A stretch of DNA of 64,000 nt from Dendrobates tinctorius (Eukaryota): assembly GCF_039654945.1 (NCBI RefSeq), contig NW_027361899.1:3410001-3474000 (forward strand), given 5' to 3'. The notes beneath the pieces were generated by a model, which had not been told where the DNA came from, did no database searches, and saw only the letters and a program-made list of their open reading frames with translations. Each line of letters opens with the position of its first letter. Within the stretch, counting starts at the first letter, position 1. A program made the position numbers and the translations under genes. This document shows positions 25,331-39,461 of the stretch, piece by piece.

Positions 25331-27655
25331 TTAACCCTTCATCTAGATGTTAATTTTTGACCATTAAAACTAATAAACTGTAATATGTTATAATGGATTA
25401 CTAAGGATCACCAGGATTTCATGGAGAGAATCTAAGTGGCTGTCTCCCATGGCTTCCCCTACTTACCTGGGAGATAAGAAGAAGTTAACGGAACCAGAAA
25501 AAGAATGTAGAAAATGAAAAAAAAAACTTTCAAATCTGGGGAGCAAAACACAAAGCGGGAGAAAATGAGGACAATAAAATAGTATCCACCAAATCCAGCT
25601 CCATCACTGACAAGTAATGTCACCAAAAGCACCGGGACATGGGAGGTTAATGGGAGGCGTCAGGAGCCTTGTATATACCAGGGAATAATCAGATAATACA
25701 GACATTAATTAATGAGATGGAAGATGCCGATCGATGAGAACGTGGTGATGCGAGGAATACAAGGCCCCGGCTCTCATCACTTAAGGAATAATCCTCGCTG
25801 CTGAGTCAATCCCTCCTCTCCCTTTTATCGTGGCCTGACCCCTCTCATACTGACAAGCTGCTGCCCAGGAGAAACAAATCACACTGCACTTGTAAGAGGC
25901 TGATCCCCACTGAGCGGAGCGGGAGAGAAGAACACCAGGCAAAGCCCAACCGCCGGGAAACGAGCGAAAAACACATGTACGGTAGCGGTATACAGAGGAA
26001 GGAGCAAACAAAGCAACCCAAAAGTAAGGGACTAATAAAGGGGGTCACATTATTCTATTATTCGCTATAGGGACAGTATTATAGTAGTTATATTCTTGTA
26101 CATAGGAGCAGTATTATAGTAGTTGTATTCTTGTACATAGGGGCAGTATTAGAGTAGTTATATTCTTGTACATAGGAGCAGTATTATAGTAGTTATATTC
26201 TTGTACTTAGGAGCAGTATTATAGTAGTTGTATTCTTGTAAATAGGGGGCAGTATTGTAGTAGTTATATTCTTGTACATAGGATCAGTATTATAGTAGTT
26301 GTATTCTTGTACATAGTGAGCAGTATTATAGTAGTTATATTCTTGTACATAGGAGCAGTATTATAGTAGTTATATTCTTGTACTTAGGAGCAGTATTATA
26401 GTAGTTGTATTCTTGTAAATAGGGGGCAGTATTGTAGTAGTTATATTCTTGTACATAGGAGCAGTATTATAGTAGTTATATTCTTGTACATAGGGGGCAG
26501 TATTATAGTAGTTATATTCTTGTACATAGGGGCAGTATTATAGTAGTTATATTCTTGTACATAGGAGCAGTATTACAGTAGTTATATTCTTGTACATAGG
26601 GGGCAGTATTATAGTAGTTGTATTCTTGTACATAGGGGGCAGTATTATAGTAGTTATATTCTTGTACATAGGAGCAGTATTATAGTAGTTATATTCTTGT
26701 ACTTAGGAGCAGTATTATAGTAGTTGTATTCTTGTACATAGGGGGCAGTATTGTAGTAGTTATATTCTTGTACATAGGAGCAGTATTATAGTAGTTATAT
26801 TCTTGTACATAGGGGGCAGTATTATAGTAGTTATATTCTTGTACATAGGGGCAGTATTATAGTAGTTATATTCTTGTACATAGGGGCAGTATTATAGTAG
26901 TTATATTCTTGTACATAGGAGCAGTATTATAGTAGTTATATTCTTGTACATAGGGGGCAGTATTATAGTAGTTATATTCTTGTACATAGGAGCAGTATTA
27001 TAGTAGTTATATTCTTGTACATAGGGGGCAGTATTATAGTAGTTATATTCTTGTACATGGGGCAGTATTATAGTAGTTATATTCTTGTACATAGGAGCAG
27101 TATTATAGTAGTTATATTCTTGTACATAGGGGGCAGTATTATAGTAGTTATATTCTTGTACATAGGGGCAGTATTAAAGTAGTTATATTCTTGTACATAG
27201 GAGCAGTATTACAGTAGTTATATTCTTGTACATAGGGGGCAGTATTATAGTAGTTGTATTCTTGTACATAGGGGGCAGTATTATAGTAGTTATATTCTTG
27301 TACATAGGAGCAGTATTATAGTAGTTATATTCTTGTACTTAGGAGCAGTATTATAGTAGTTGTATTCTTGTACATAGGGGGCAGTATTGTAGTAGTTATA
27401 TTCTTGTACATAGGAGCAGTATTATAGTAGTTATATTCTTGTACATAGGGGGCAGTATTATAGTAGTTATATTCTTGTACATAGGGGCAGTATTATAGTA
27501 GTTATATTCTTGTACATAGGGGCAGTATTATAGTAGTTATATTCTTGTACATAGGGGCAGTATTATAGTAGTTATATTCTTGTACATAGGGGCAGTATTA
27601 TAGTAGTTATATTCTTGTACATAGGGGGCAGTATTATAGTAGTTATATTCTTGTA

Positions 27656-28705
27656 CAGTCATATGTAAAAGTTTGGGCACCCCTATTAATGTTAACCTTT
27701 TTTCTTTATAACAATTTTGTTTTTTGCAACAGGTATTTCAGTTTCATATATCTAATAACTGATGGACTCAGTTATACTGTGCATCGGTCAACAATACAGC
27801 GCACTTTGCACAAGGAGAAGCTGTATGGGAGAGTGATGCGAAAGAAGCCGTTTCTGCAAGCACGCCACAAACAGAGTCGCCTGAGGTCTGCAAAAGCACA
27901 TTTGGACAAGCCAGTTACATTTTGGAAGAAGGTCCTGTGGACTGATGAAACAAAGATTGAGTTGTTTGGTCATACAAAAAGGCGTTATGCATGCGCTGTA
28001 TTGTTGACCGATGCACAGTGACACCATCTGCAGCAAGATGAGGCTGCCGGTCTTTGGAGGTGGTCTGTGGATTGTCCTTGACTGTTCTCACCATTCTTCT
28101 TCTCTGCCTTTCTGATATTTTTCTTGGCCTGCCACTTCTGGACTTAACAAGAACTGTACCTGTGTTCTTCCATTTCCTTACTATGTTCCTCACAGTGGAA
28201 ACTAACAGGTTAAATCTCTGAGACAACTTTTTGTATCCTTCCCCTGAAAAGCTATGTTGAATAATCTTTGTTTTCAGATCATTTGAGAGTTGTTTTGAGG
28301 AGCCCATGATGCCACTCTTCATAGGAGAATCAAATAGGAGAACTACTTGCAAGTGGCCACTTTAAATACCTTTTCTCATGATTTGATACACCTGGCTATG
28401 AAGTTCAAAGCTCAGTGAGGTTACAAAACCAATTTAGTGCTTCAGGAAGTCAGTAAAAAGTAGTTAGGAGTGTTCAAATCAAGAAAATGATAAGGGTGCC
28501 CATACTTTTGCACCGGTCAAATTTTGTTTAAATGCAGATTGCACATTTTCTGTTAGTACAATAAACCTCATTTGAATCCAGAAATATAACTGAGTCCATC
28601 AGTTATTAGATATATGAAACTGAAATAGCTGTTGCAAAAAACAAAATTGTTATAAAGAAAAAAGGTTAACATTAATAGGGGTGCCCAAACTTTTACATAT
28701 GACTG
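27656..28705. mobile_element. Foldback Tc1 derivative, copy 2 (1050 bp, left arm cut to ~120 bp)
   Basis: Same TIRs and same central junction (ggcgttatgcatgcgctgtattg) as copy 1; TA duplication within the satellite tgTAca. Confidence 0.92.
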
Positions 28706-30789
28706 TACATAGGGGCAGTATTATAGTAGCTATAGTCTTGTACCTAGGTGCAGTATTATAGTAGTAACATTCTTGTACATAGGGGGCAGTATTATAGTAG
28801 TTATATTCTTGTACATAGGGGGCAGTATTATAGTAGTTATATTCTTGTACATAGGAGCAGTATTATAGTAGTTATATTCTTGTACCTAGGGGGCAGTATT
28901 ATAGTAGTTATAATCTTGTACCTAGGGGCAGTATTATAGTAGTAATATTCTTGTACATAGGGGGCAGTATTATAATAGTTATATTCTTGTACATAGGGGC
29001 AGTATTATAGTAGTTATATTCTTGTACATAGGGGGCAGTATTATAGTAGTTATATTCTTCTATATAGGGGCAGTATTATAGTAGATATACTCATGTACAT
29101 AAGAGCATTATTATAGTAGTTATATTCTTGTACATAGGAGCAGTATTATAGTAGTTATATTCTTGTACATAGGAGCAGTATTATAGTAGTTATATTCTTG
29201 TACATAGGGGGCAGTATTATAGTAGTTATATTCTTGTACATAGGGGCAGTATTATAGTAGTTATATTCTTGCACATAGGAGGCAGTATTATAGTAGTTAT
29301 ATTCTTGTACATAGGGGCAGTATTATAGCAGTTATATTCCTGTACATAGGGGCAGTATTATAGTAGTTATATTCTTGCACATAGGGGGCAGTATTATAGT
29401 AGTTATATTCTTGTACATAGGGGCAGTATTATAGCAGTTATATTCCTGTACATAGGGGCAGTATTATAGTAGTTATATTCTTGTACATAGGAGCAGTATT
29501 ATAGTAGTTATATTCTTGTACATAGGAGCAGTATTATAGTAGTTATATTCTTGTTCATAGGAGCAGTATTATAGTAGTTATATTCTTGCACATAGGAGCA
29601 GTATTATAGTAGTTATATTCTTGTACATAGGAGCATTATTATAGTAGTTATATTCTTGTACATAGGAGGCAGTATTATAGTAGTTATATTCTTGCACATA
29701 GGGGCAGTATTATAGTAGTTATATTCTTGTACATAGGGGCAGTATTATAGTAGTTATATTCTTGCACATAGGAGCAGTATTATAGTAGTTATATTCTTGT
29801 ACATAGGGGCAGTATTATAGTAGTTATATTCTTGTACATAGGAGCAGTATTATAGTAGTTATATTCTTGTACATAGGAGCAGTATTATAGTAGTTATATT
29901 CTTGTACATAGGGGCAGTATTATAGTAGTTATATTCCTGTACATAGGAGCAGTATTATAGTAGTTATATTCTTGCACATAGGAGCAGTATTATAGTAGTT
30001 ATATTCTTGTACATAGGAGCAGTATTATAGTAGTTATATTCTTGCACATAGGGGCAGTATTATAGTAGTTATATTCTTGTACATAGGGGGAAGTATTATG
30101 GTAGTTATCCTCTTGTACATAGGGGGCAGTATTATGGTAGTTATATTCTTGTACATAGGAGCAGTATTATAGTAGTTATCCTCTTGTACATAGGAGCAGT
30201 ATTATAGTAGTTATATTCTTGTACATAGGAGGCAGTATTATAGTAGTTATATTCTTGTACATAGGGGGCAGTATTATAGTAGTTATATTCTTGTACATAG
30301 GGGCGGTATTATAGTAGTTATATTCTTGCACATAGGAGCAGTATTATAGTAGTTATATTCTTGTACATAGGGGGCAGTATTATAGTAGTTATATTCTTGT
30401 ACATAGGAGCAGTATTATAATAGTTATATTCTTGTACTTAGGAGCAGTATTATAGTAGTTGTATTCTTGTACATAGGGGGCAGTATTGTAGTAGTTATAT
30501 TCTTGTACATAGGAGCAGTATTATAGTAGTTATATTCTTGTACATAGGGGGCAGTATTATAGTAGTTATATTCTTGTACATAGGGGCAGTATTATAGTAG
30601 TTATATTCTTGTACATAGGGGCAGTATTATAGTAGTTATATTCTTGTACATAGGAGCAGTATTATAGTAGTTATATTCTTGTACATAGGGGCAGTATTAT
30701 AGTAGTTATATTCTTGTACATAGGGGCAGTATTATAGTAGTTATATTCTTGTACATAGGGGGCAGTATTATAGTAGTTATATTCTTGTA

Positions 30790-31839
30790 CAGTCATATGT
30801 AAAAGTTTGGGCACCCCTATTAATGTTAACCTTTTTTCTTTATAACAATTTTGTTTTTTGCAACAGGTATTTCAGTTTCATATATCTAATAACTGATGGA
30901 CTCAGTTATACTGTGCATCGGTCAACAATACAGCGCACTTTGCACAAGGAGAAGCTGTATGGGAGAGTGATGCGAAAGAAGCCGTTTCTGCAAGCACGCC
31001 ACAAACAGAGTCGCCTGAGGTCTGCAAAAGCACATTTGGACAAGCCAGTTACATTTTGGAAGAAGGTCCTGTGGACTGATGAAACAAAGATTGAGTTGTT
31101 TGGTCATACAAAAAGGCGTTATGCATGCGCTGTATTGTTGACCGATGCACAGTGACACCATCTGCAGCAAGATGAGGCTGCCGGTCTTTGGAGGTGGTCT
31201 GTGGATTGTCCTTGACTGTTCTCACCATTCTTCTTCTCTGCCTTTCTGATATTTTTCTTGGCCTGCCACTTCTGGACTTAACAAGAACTGTACCTGTGTT
31301 CTTCCATTTCCTTACTATGTTCCTCACAGTGGAAACTAACAGGTTAAATCTCTGAGACAACTTTTTGTATCCTTCCCCTGAAAAGCTATGTTGAATAATC
31401 TTTGTTTTCAGATCATTTGAGAGTTGTTTTGAGGAGCCCATGATGCCACTCTTCATAGGAGAATCAAATAGGAGAACTACTTGCAAGTGGCCACTTTAAA
31501 TACCTTTTCTCATGATTTGATACACCTGGCTATGAAGTTCAAAGCTCAGTGAGGTTACAAAACCAATTTAGTGCTTCAGGAAGTCAGTAAAAAGTAGTTA
31601 GGAGTGTTCAAATCAAGAAAATGATAAGGGTGCCCATACTTTTGCACCGGTCAAATTTTGTTTAAATGCAGATTGCACATTTTCTGTTAGTACAATAAAC
31701 CTCATTTGAATCCAGAAATATAACTGAGTCCATCAGTTATTAGATATATGAAACTGAAATAGCTGTTGCAAAAAACAAAATTGTTATAAAGAAAAAAGGT
31801 TAACATTAATAGGGGTGCCCAAACTTTTACATATGACTG
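30790..31839. mobile_element. Foldback Tc1 derivative, copy 3 (tandem duplicate of copy 2)
   Basis: Appears identical to copy 2 (identical ORF translations), offset 3134 bp, with the same flanking satellite variants. Confidence 0.92.
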
Positions 31840-34800
31840 TACATAGGGGCAGTATTATAGTAGCTATAGTCTTGTACCTAGGTGCAGTATTATAGTAGTA
31901 ACATTCTTGTACATAGGGGGCAGTATTATAGTAGTTATATTCTTGTACATAGGGGGCAGTATTATAGTAGTTATATTCTTGTACATAGGAGCAGTATTAT
32001 AGTAGTTATATTCTTGTACCTAGGGGGCAGTATTATAGTAGTTATATTCTTGTACATAGGGAGCAGTATTATAGTAGTTATATTCTTGTACCTAGGGGCA
32101 GTATTATAGTAGTAATATTCTTGTACATAGGGGGCAGTATTATAATAGTTATATTCTTGTACATAGGGGCAGTATTATAGTAGTTATATTCTTGTACATA
32201 GGGGGCAGTATTATAGTAGTTATATTCTTCTATATAGGGGCAGTATTATAGTAGATATACTCATGTACATAAGAGCATTATTATAGTAGTTATATTCTTG
32301 TACATAGGGGCAGTATTATAGTAGTTATATTCTTGTACATAGGAGGCAGTATTATAGTAGTTAAATTCTTGTACATAGGGGCAGTATTATAGTAAGTATA
32401 TTCTTGTACATAGGGGGCAGTATTATAGTAGTTATATTCTTGTACATAGGGGGCAGTATTATAGTAGTTATATTCTTGTACATAGGGGGCAGTATTATAG
32501 TAGTTATATTCTTGTACATAGGAGCAGTATTATAGTAGTTATATTCTTGTACATAGGAGCAGTATTATAGTAGTTATATTCTTGTACATAGGAGCAGTAT
32601 TATAGTAGTTATATTCTTGTACATAGGGGGCAGTATTATAGTAGTTATATTCTTGTACATAGGGGCAGTATTATAGAAGTTATATTCTTGCACATAGGAG
32701 CAGTATTATAGTAGTTATATTCTTGTACATAGGGGGCACTATTATAGTAGTTATATTCTTGTACATAGGGGCAGTATTATAGTAGTTATATTCTTGCACA
32801 TAGGAGCAGTATTATAGTAGTTATATTCTTGTACATAGGAGCAGTATTATAGTAGTTATATTCTTGTACATAGGGGGCAGTATTATAGTAGTTATATTCT
32901 TGTACATAGGGGCAGTATTAGAGTAGTTATATTCTTGCACATAGGAGCAGTATTATAGTAGTTATATTCTTGTACATAGGAGCAGTATTATAGTAGTTAT
33001 ATTCTTGTACATAGGGGCAGTATTATAGTAGTTATATTCTTGCACATAGGAGCAGTATTATAGTAGTTATATTCTTGTACATAGGAGCAGTATTATAGTA
33101 GTTATATTCTTGTACATAGGGGGCAGTATTATAGTAGTTATATTCTTGTACATAGGGGGCAGTATTATAGTAGTTATATTCTTGTACATAGGGGCAGTAT
33201 TATAGTAGTTATATTCTTGCACATAGGAGCAGTATTATAGTAGTTATATTCTTGTACATAGGAGCAGTATTATAGTAGTTATATTCTTGTACATAGGAGC
33301 AGTATTATAGTAGTTATATTCTTGTACATAGGGGGCAGTATTATAGTAGTTATATTCTTGTATATAGGGGCAGTATTATAGTAGTTATATTCTTGCACAT
33401 AGGAGGCAGTATTATAGTAGTTATATTCTTGTACATAGGGGCAGTATTATAGCAGTTATATTCCTGTACATAGGGGCAGTATTATAGTAGTTATATTCTT
33501 GCACATAGGGGGCAGTATTATAGTAGTTATATTCTTGTACATAGGGGCAGTATTATAGCAGTTATATTCCTGTACATAGGGGCAGTATTATAGTAGTTAT
33601 ATTCTTGTACATAGGAGCAGTATTATAGTAGTTATATTCTTGTACATAGGAGCAGTATTATAGTAGTTATATTCTTGTTCATAGGAGCAGTATTATAGTA
33701 GTTATATTCTTGCACATAGGAGCAGTATTATAGTAGTTATATTCTTGTACATAGGAGCATTATTATAGTAGTTATATTCTTGTACATAGGAGGCAGTATT
33801 ATAGTAGTTATATTCTTGCACATAGGGGCAGTATTATAGTAGTTATATTCTTGTACATAGGGGCAGTATTATAGTAGTTATATTCTTGCACATAGGAGCA
33901 GTATTATAGTAGTTATATTCTTGTACATAGGGGCAGTATTATAGTAGTTATATTCTTGTACATAGGAGCAGTATTATAGTAGTTATATTCTTGTACATAG
34001 GAGCAGTATTATAGTAGTTATATTCTTGTACATAGGGGCAGTATTATAGTAGTTATATTCCTGTACATAGGAGCAGTATTATAGTAGTTATATTCTTGCA
34101 CATAGGAGCAGTATTATAGTAGTTATATTCTTGTACATAGGAGCAGTATTATAGTAGTTATATTCTTGCACATAGGGGCAGTATTATAGTAGTTATATTC
34201 TTGTACATAGGGGGAAGTATTATGGTAGTTATCCTCTTGTACATAGGGGGCAGTATTATGGTAGTTATATTCTTGTACATAGGAGCAGTATTATAGTAGT
34301 TATCCTCTTGTACATAGGAGCAGTATTATAGTAGTTATATTCTTGTACATAGGAGGCAGTATTATAGTAGTTATATTCTTGTACATAGGGGGCAGTATTA
34401 TAGTAGTTATATTCTTGTACATAGGGGCGGTATTATAGTAGTTATATTCTTGCACATAGGAGCAGTATTATAGTAGTTATATTCTTGTACATAGGAGCAG
34501 TCTTATGGTAGTTGTATGTATGTACATAGGGGGGCAGTATTATTAGTGGGTACTATGGCTTTAGGACTGAGTTGAGGGACCAGGGACTTGTATATAATTT
34601 GCATTTGGTTCTTGGTCGCGTCCAGGCTGCATTGTTCCATGTGACAATGTTCCTCTTTGTAAATCCTTTTCTTCTTCTGTCTTTTTCCCACTTTGTAACA
34701 CTTGATGATAAACCAAATACATCCGAGACATAATTACTCTTGTGGCCGCCCTGCTGAGTCCCTGAGATAAAGACGTGGGACTGGCGGTTGCTTAGATCTT

Positions 34801-35764
34801 CCTGAACCCGCCATGATCCACAGGAGATCTCCTCTGATGGGAATCGCAGTCATTTTAAGTCAAAAATAAAAAAGAACAAAAAAAATCTGAATGTTTTAAA
34901 GAAATTAAATTGAAATAAGACTCCGGCGTCCTGGCGAGATGTAATCAAATCAATTTGTGCATGATAACGAGATTCTCACATTTCCAGGCGTCTCTTCTCC
35001 TGGATATTGTCGCTTCAGTCAGCTGGAAGTCCAGGTTATGTCGTACTGGAAAAGGAAATTGGATCGGAGAGGAAGATCGTGAGCCAGGAGAGGAGCGGCG
35101 CACACGGGGCAGAGCTGGAGCAGTGACAGGAGGCTCCTCCACCGGTCCAGAACCTGCACATTATCCGGGAGGACAGATGGCGGCAGCGCCAGATACGTCT
35201 CGGCTCTTCAGTCGTCTTCTGTTCCACATCTCATCTAAGCACGGTGTCACTAAGCCGTGAGATCACACAGCGCCACAATGATGCCAGACAGCTGGCACGA
35301 TGGCGGGGACACCGCTGGGTACCCATCGCCCTGTGGTGTGAGTGACTGATGCTCTTACTGTCATCCTCTGCCGGATACAGACTCCGCACCACGTCGGTTC
35401 GTGTTGTGAATCCTCATGTTTTAATACAAGTTTACATATGTCTGAACTGGATACAATATGTCACTGCCTTCCCACAAGCACCAAGCCCAAAGTGAGCAGA
35501 ACGCGGCTCGTGCAGGTACCGAGAAAAGGCTTAAAGGGCATCTCTGCTTTTCATCATCATTATTCCACAATACATCCTCGTCAGACTTTGTGATACATGG
35601 TCCTGCCATTGGCAAGATTTTAATTAGTAGGAAATGTTTAACCAGAGGAATCTGAGTTGGAGTTACACTGTAGGTAAATTGTAGAAAAGCCAGATAACAA
35701 CCACCATCGTCTCCGGTGTAGCCCCCTCGTGTTCACTCTTCTCCTGCTTTTGTACTTAGTGAGG

Positions 35765-36730
35765 CTGCAGAACTGCCAGTTCGAGTCTGGGGAGCAAGAG
35801 CTGTGCCATGGACTACAGCACTGCCAGTCCGAGTGTGGGGAGCAAGAGCTGTGCCGTGGACTACAGCACTGCCAGTCCGAGTGTGGGGAGCAAGAGCTGT
35901 GCCGTGGATTGGAGCGCTGCCAGTCCGAGTGTGGGGAGCAAGAGCTGTGCCGTGGACTGCAGCGCTGCCAGTCTGAGTGTGGGGAGCGATAGCTGTGCCG
36001 TTGACTGGAGCGCTGCCCGTCCGAGTGTGTGGAGCAAGAGCCTTTGCCGTGGGCTGGAGCGCTGCCAGTCCTAGTGTGGGGAGCGATAGCTGTGCCATGG
36101 ACTGCGGCGCTGCCAGTCCGTGTGTGGGGAGCGATAGCTGTGTCATGGACTGGAGCACTGCCAGTCCAAGTGTGAGGAGCAATAGCTGTGCCGTGGACTG
36201 CAGCGCCATCAGTCCAAGTGTGGGGAGCAATAGTTGTGCCATGGACTGGAGCACTGCCAGTTCGAGTGGGGTGAGTAATAGCTGTACCGTGGACTGGAGC
36301 ACTGCCAGTCCAAGTGTGGTTCGATAGCTGTGCCGTGAACTGGAGCGCTGCCAGTCCTAGTGTGGGGAGCGATAGCTGTGCCGTGGACTGGAGCACTGCC
36401 AGTCCTAGTGTGGGGAGCGATAGCTGTGCCGTGGACTGGAGTGCTGCCATTCCGAGTGTGAGGAGCAATAGCTATGCCATGGACTGTAGCACTGCCAGTC
36501 CGTGTGTGGGGAGCGATAGCTGTGTCGTGGACTGGAGCACTGCCAGTCATAGTGTGGGGATCGATAGCTGTGCCGTGGACTGCAGCATTGCCAGTCCGTG
36601 TGTGGAGAACGATAGCTGTGCCGTGGACTGGAGCACTGCCAGTCCGTGTGTGGGGAGCGATAGCTGTGTCGTTGACTGGAGCGCTGCCAGTCGAGTGTGA
36701 GGAGTAATAGCTGTGCCATGGACTGCAGCA
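35765..36730. repeat. 48-bp minisatellite, about 20 copies
   Basis: Unit gtgccgtggactggagcactgccagtccgagtgtggggagcgatagct. Confidence 0.92.
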
Positions 36731-37087
36731 TAGAGATTGAGCTTTCTGATGATTCTGGTACCGAGGCTCCGTCTAAGTGCATGTGGATATTGGAAGATCC
36801 TGGATTTCTGGACAGAGAGATATTGATTCAGAACTTCTTTTACTACTGCACTCCTAGCCTTGTAACGTTTCTCCTTATGAGTCCAGTATTTATTATGGTT
36901 GGTTAGCCATTAAAGTTGGGGTCTATGGCCAAGAAGTCTGCCTTGACCACCAAGAGAGAGGCATGATGTAGAGGCAGAGACCCGGATTCTAGCGATGCGT
37001 CAGTTACTGGGCTGCTTGCTGCAGTTTAAATAAAATCCCTGTTTTCTCTGCTGCAGATCTAGCAGTTCTCTGAACACTGTGCACTGT

Positions 37088-37195
37088 ATGCACTAGCAGG
37101 ATGCAGCAAGCCCCCACTAATAAAGGCAGGGGCAGCACAAGTGCAAACTACTGCCTGCCTTTATTTTGAGGGCCCGCTGCATCCTGCTAGTGCAT
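37088..37195. repeat. 108-bp imperfect hairpin (inverted repeat)
   Basis: atgcactagcaggatgcagc pairs perfectly with gctgcatcctgctagtgcat (20 bp); inner aataaaggcagg pairs with cctgcctttatt. Confidence 0.8.
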
Positions 37196-39286
37196 TTATC
37201 ATCTGACAGATTTTGGTAAGGCTGTTTCCTTATGGGATGTGTTTATTTCAATTTTTCTATTTTGGGTGTTTTTTGCACTGTATAACCCTTTCAACAGCAT
37301 TGATTGGCAGCTCTCTGTACCCTGTTCATAGGCAGAAAGCTGCCAATCACTAGTGGAGGCGGTATTATACAGAGCTCATGAATATGGAGGACTACATGGC
37401 ACAAGACAACTAGTCCTTTGGTGATAAGTTCCTGCTCATAAAGCTACAGAAAGCAGCCCAGTAATTGACTCATTGCTGTGATCAGGATCTCTGCCCCTGC
37501 ATCATCCTGGAAAAAACCCGGTGACAGATTCCCTTTAACCAGGAAAAGGCTTGGTGTCATTGTTTCTTTTCCTCAAATTACCTTCCATTCCTACTTTTTC
37601 TTGCCCTAAGCTCAATTTCTCTTGTCCACCATCCAGTTTCTGGCTCTTTTCCATTAGTGGTCCTATTGATCATGATGGACTCCCATTCCCAGTAGAAGCG
37701 GACCTCCTGAGCTGTCGGGTCCACACCTCCTGCTATGCCTGGCTTATGGCCCAGTGGACACTGAGGTGGGCTGCACCATTTTCTGGTAGTTACCCCATTG
37801 ATCGTAAATCATTTCACAAAATCCTCAGTCATTGTATAATTAGGATTATGCATCGGCGATTACTTTGGCTTTTTATTACCAGTGGATCCATGTTCTTGAC
37901 CCTCCCAGGTCCACAGAATATGGTAGGAGATCAGCCTCTACAAGAGCCATGCCACCGACACGAAGGTCATCGACAGGACCTTGTGTTACCAAGTCCATGT
38001 GAAGAGTAGATGTTAGTATGACCAGGCCTCGGGCCACACCATTCACCCCATAGTTCTAAATGTGATTTATTAAAGCAGGAACCTCCGGTCGGTGCTTTAA
38101 CATTGAACATTTCAGGACTCAACATCATGAGGAGCTGGAACGAGACTGAGAGCAAAGTGACCAGAGAATGGAGGCGGATGATGGAGGCAACATCCCTGTG
38201 CGGGGTACGAAAGTGAAGGGGTCGCTGTGCTCAATCATCAATCTCAGGATGAGTGGTGGTTTCGGAGGCCGAACCCCACTGATCCAAGAGTGGTGTCACA
38301 TCCCAACAATGGAAATGTTCCTTCATCTGATAGATGTTCTGCCCTCAACAATCTTCAGAAGACTGAACCATCCTCAGGGAAATCAGCAACTAAAGAGGTT
38401 TTCTGTTATCGTAAGTGAAGTTCTATCACTAGGGTCTGCTATGACTGCATATTTGGGGGGTCGAACTACCAGGATCCTCACTGATCTGTGATGGGACAAC
38501 TTCACTTTTTTCGGTCATGGCAATATACTACAATTTAGACTCATTTGCTCCAGTCAAGCTTTGCCCCAGTTCCCTGCACATTGGGTGGCCAAGAGCAACA
38601 CTAGGAGGAGAAATGTCTCTTCGCTCTCCAGATTAGTGGGGTTCACCAGTAGCACATCCCAGACATACGCCTATATAGCCCATCTATGAAGATCAATGCT
38701 ACACTGATAATGGGGAGACATTCCACTAGGGCCCATCAACTTCATGTTCCACCAGTGTTTTATCTGTGGCTGCCTGAGACATAGAGGAAAACTTAGGCAC
38801 TTATAGAAGATGATTTGCAAATAGCTCCCCATATCTCAGCTTCCCTGATATGTAGAAGGAAATGAGGTTGAAGCGGGAGAATAAGGACTGTCAATGAGTG
38901 TTTGTGGATCTGTGAATTCCATACTATAGTGACCTCCATACTGATAACAAGACATCACAAGGGGGTTGCCGACTTGAGGGTTCCAATGGCCACCAAGAAG
39001 AACACTATGAGCTACTTCTGGGGTCACAATTGGGACCATTTCTTGGCTGTAGGACCCTCCAATGACTAGCACTAAATACTTGTATGTTGTTCATTAGTTT
39101 TGTCTTCAATCACACCACTGCTGTTCGTACAGAGCTCATAGTGTACCCGGATACTTTCAGGACTGATTTCTGGTCTTTTGCTCCTCAGAACGAGCTCAGA
39201 TTATGTTGAGTCCTGGATGGGTTCACAGAAGGCTGGGCGCACACTAGAACTGTGGGAATAATCTGGGCTGCCTTTGAATGACTTAC

Positions 39287-39461
39287 ACTGCACATCTACT
39301 CGAATGGACTTGATGGCCGGGACCCCAACCCCATTCTCGGCTTTACAATAGTAACGACCTCCCTGCATCCTCTGGACCTTCTCGATGCATAAGGTCTCGT
39401 TGTAGATGGAGGTCTCCTGAAACTTTTCTGATGCGCTGCCTGCAGTTTTTGTCCACCGTAC
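39287..39461 (-). CDS. MDGA1: MDGA1 coding exon 3 (rest of Ig domain 1); frame absent from the ORF track
   Basis: Manual translation VRWTKTAGSASEKFQETSIYNETLCIEKVQRMQGGRYYCKAENGVGVPAIKSIRVDVQ(Y). Acceptor ccttttgtAG, donor GTaagt; 175 bp, joins exon 2 in frame. Confidence 0.95.

Larger units (their letters stand above)
26068..34530 (+). repeat. 35/36-bp AT-rich satellite containing two Tc1-derivative copies
   Basis: Unit gcagtattatagtagttatattcttgtacatagg(a/g/gg). Confidence 0.97.

Noticed and set aside
35185-35220. Hammerhead-like CTGAAGA...GAGAC on the minus strand
   Set aside because: The GAAA box is wrong, and there is no stem II or convincing stem I.
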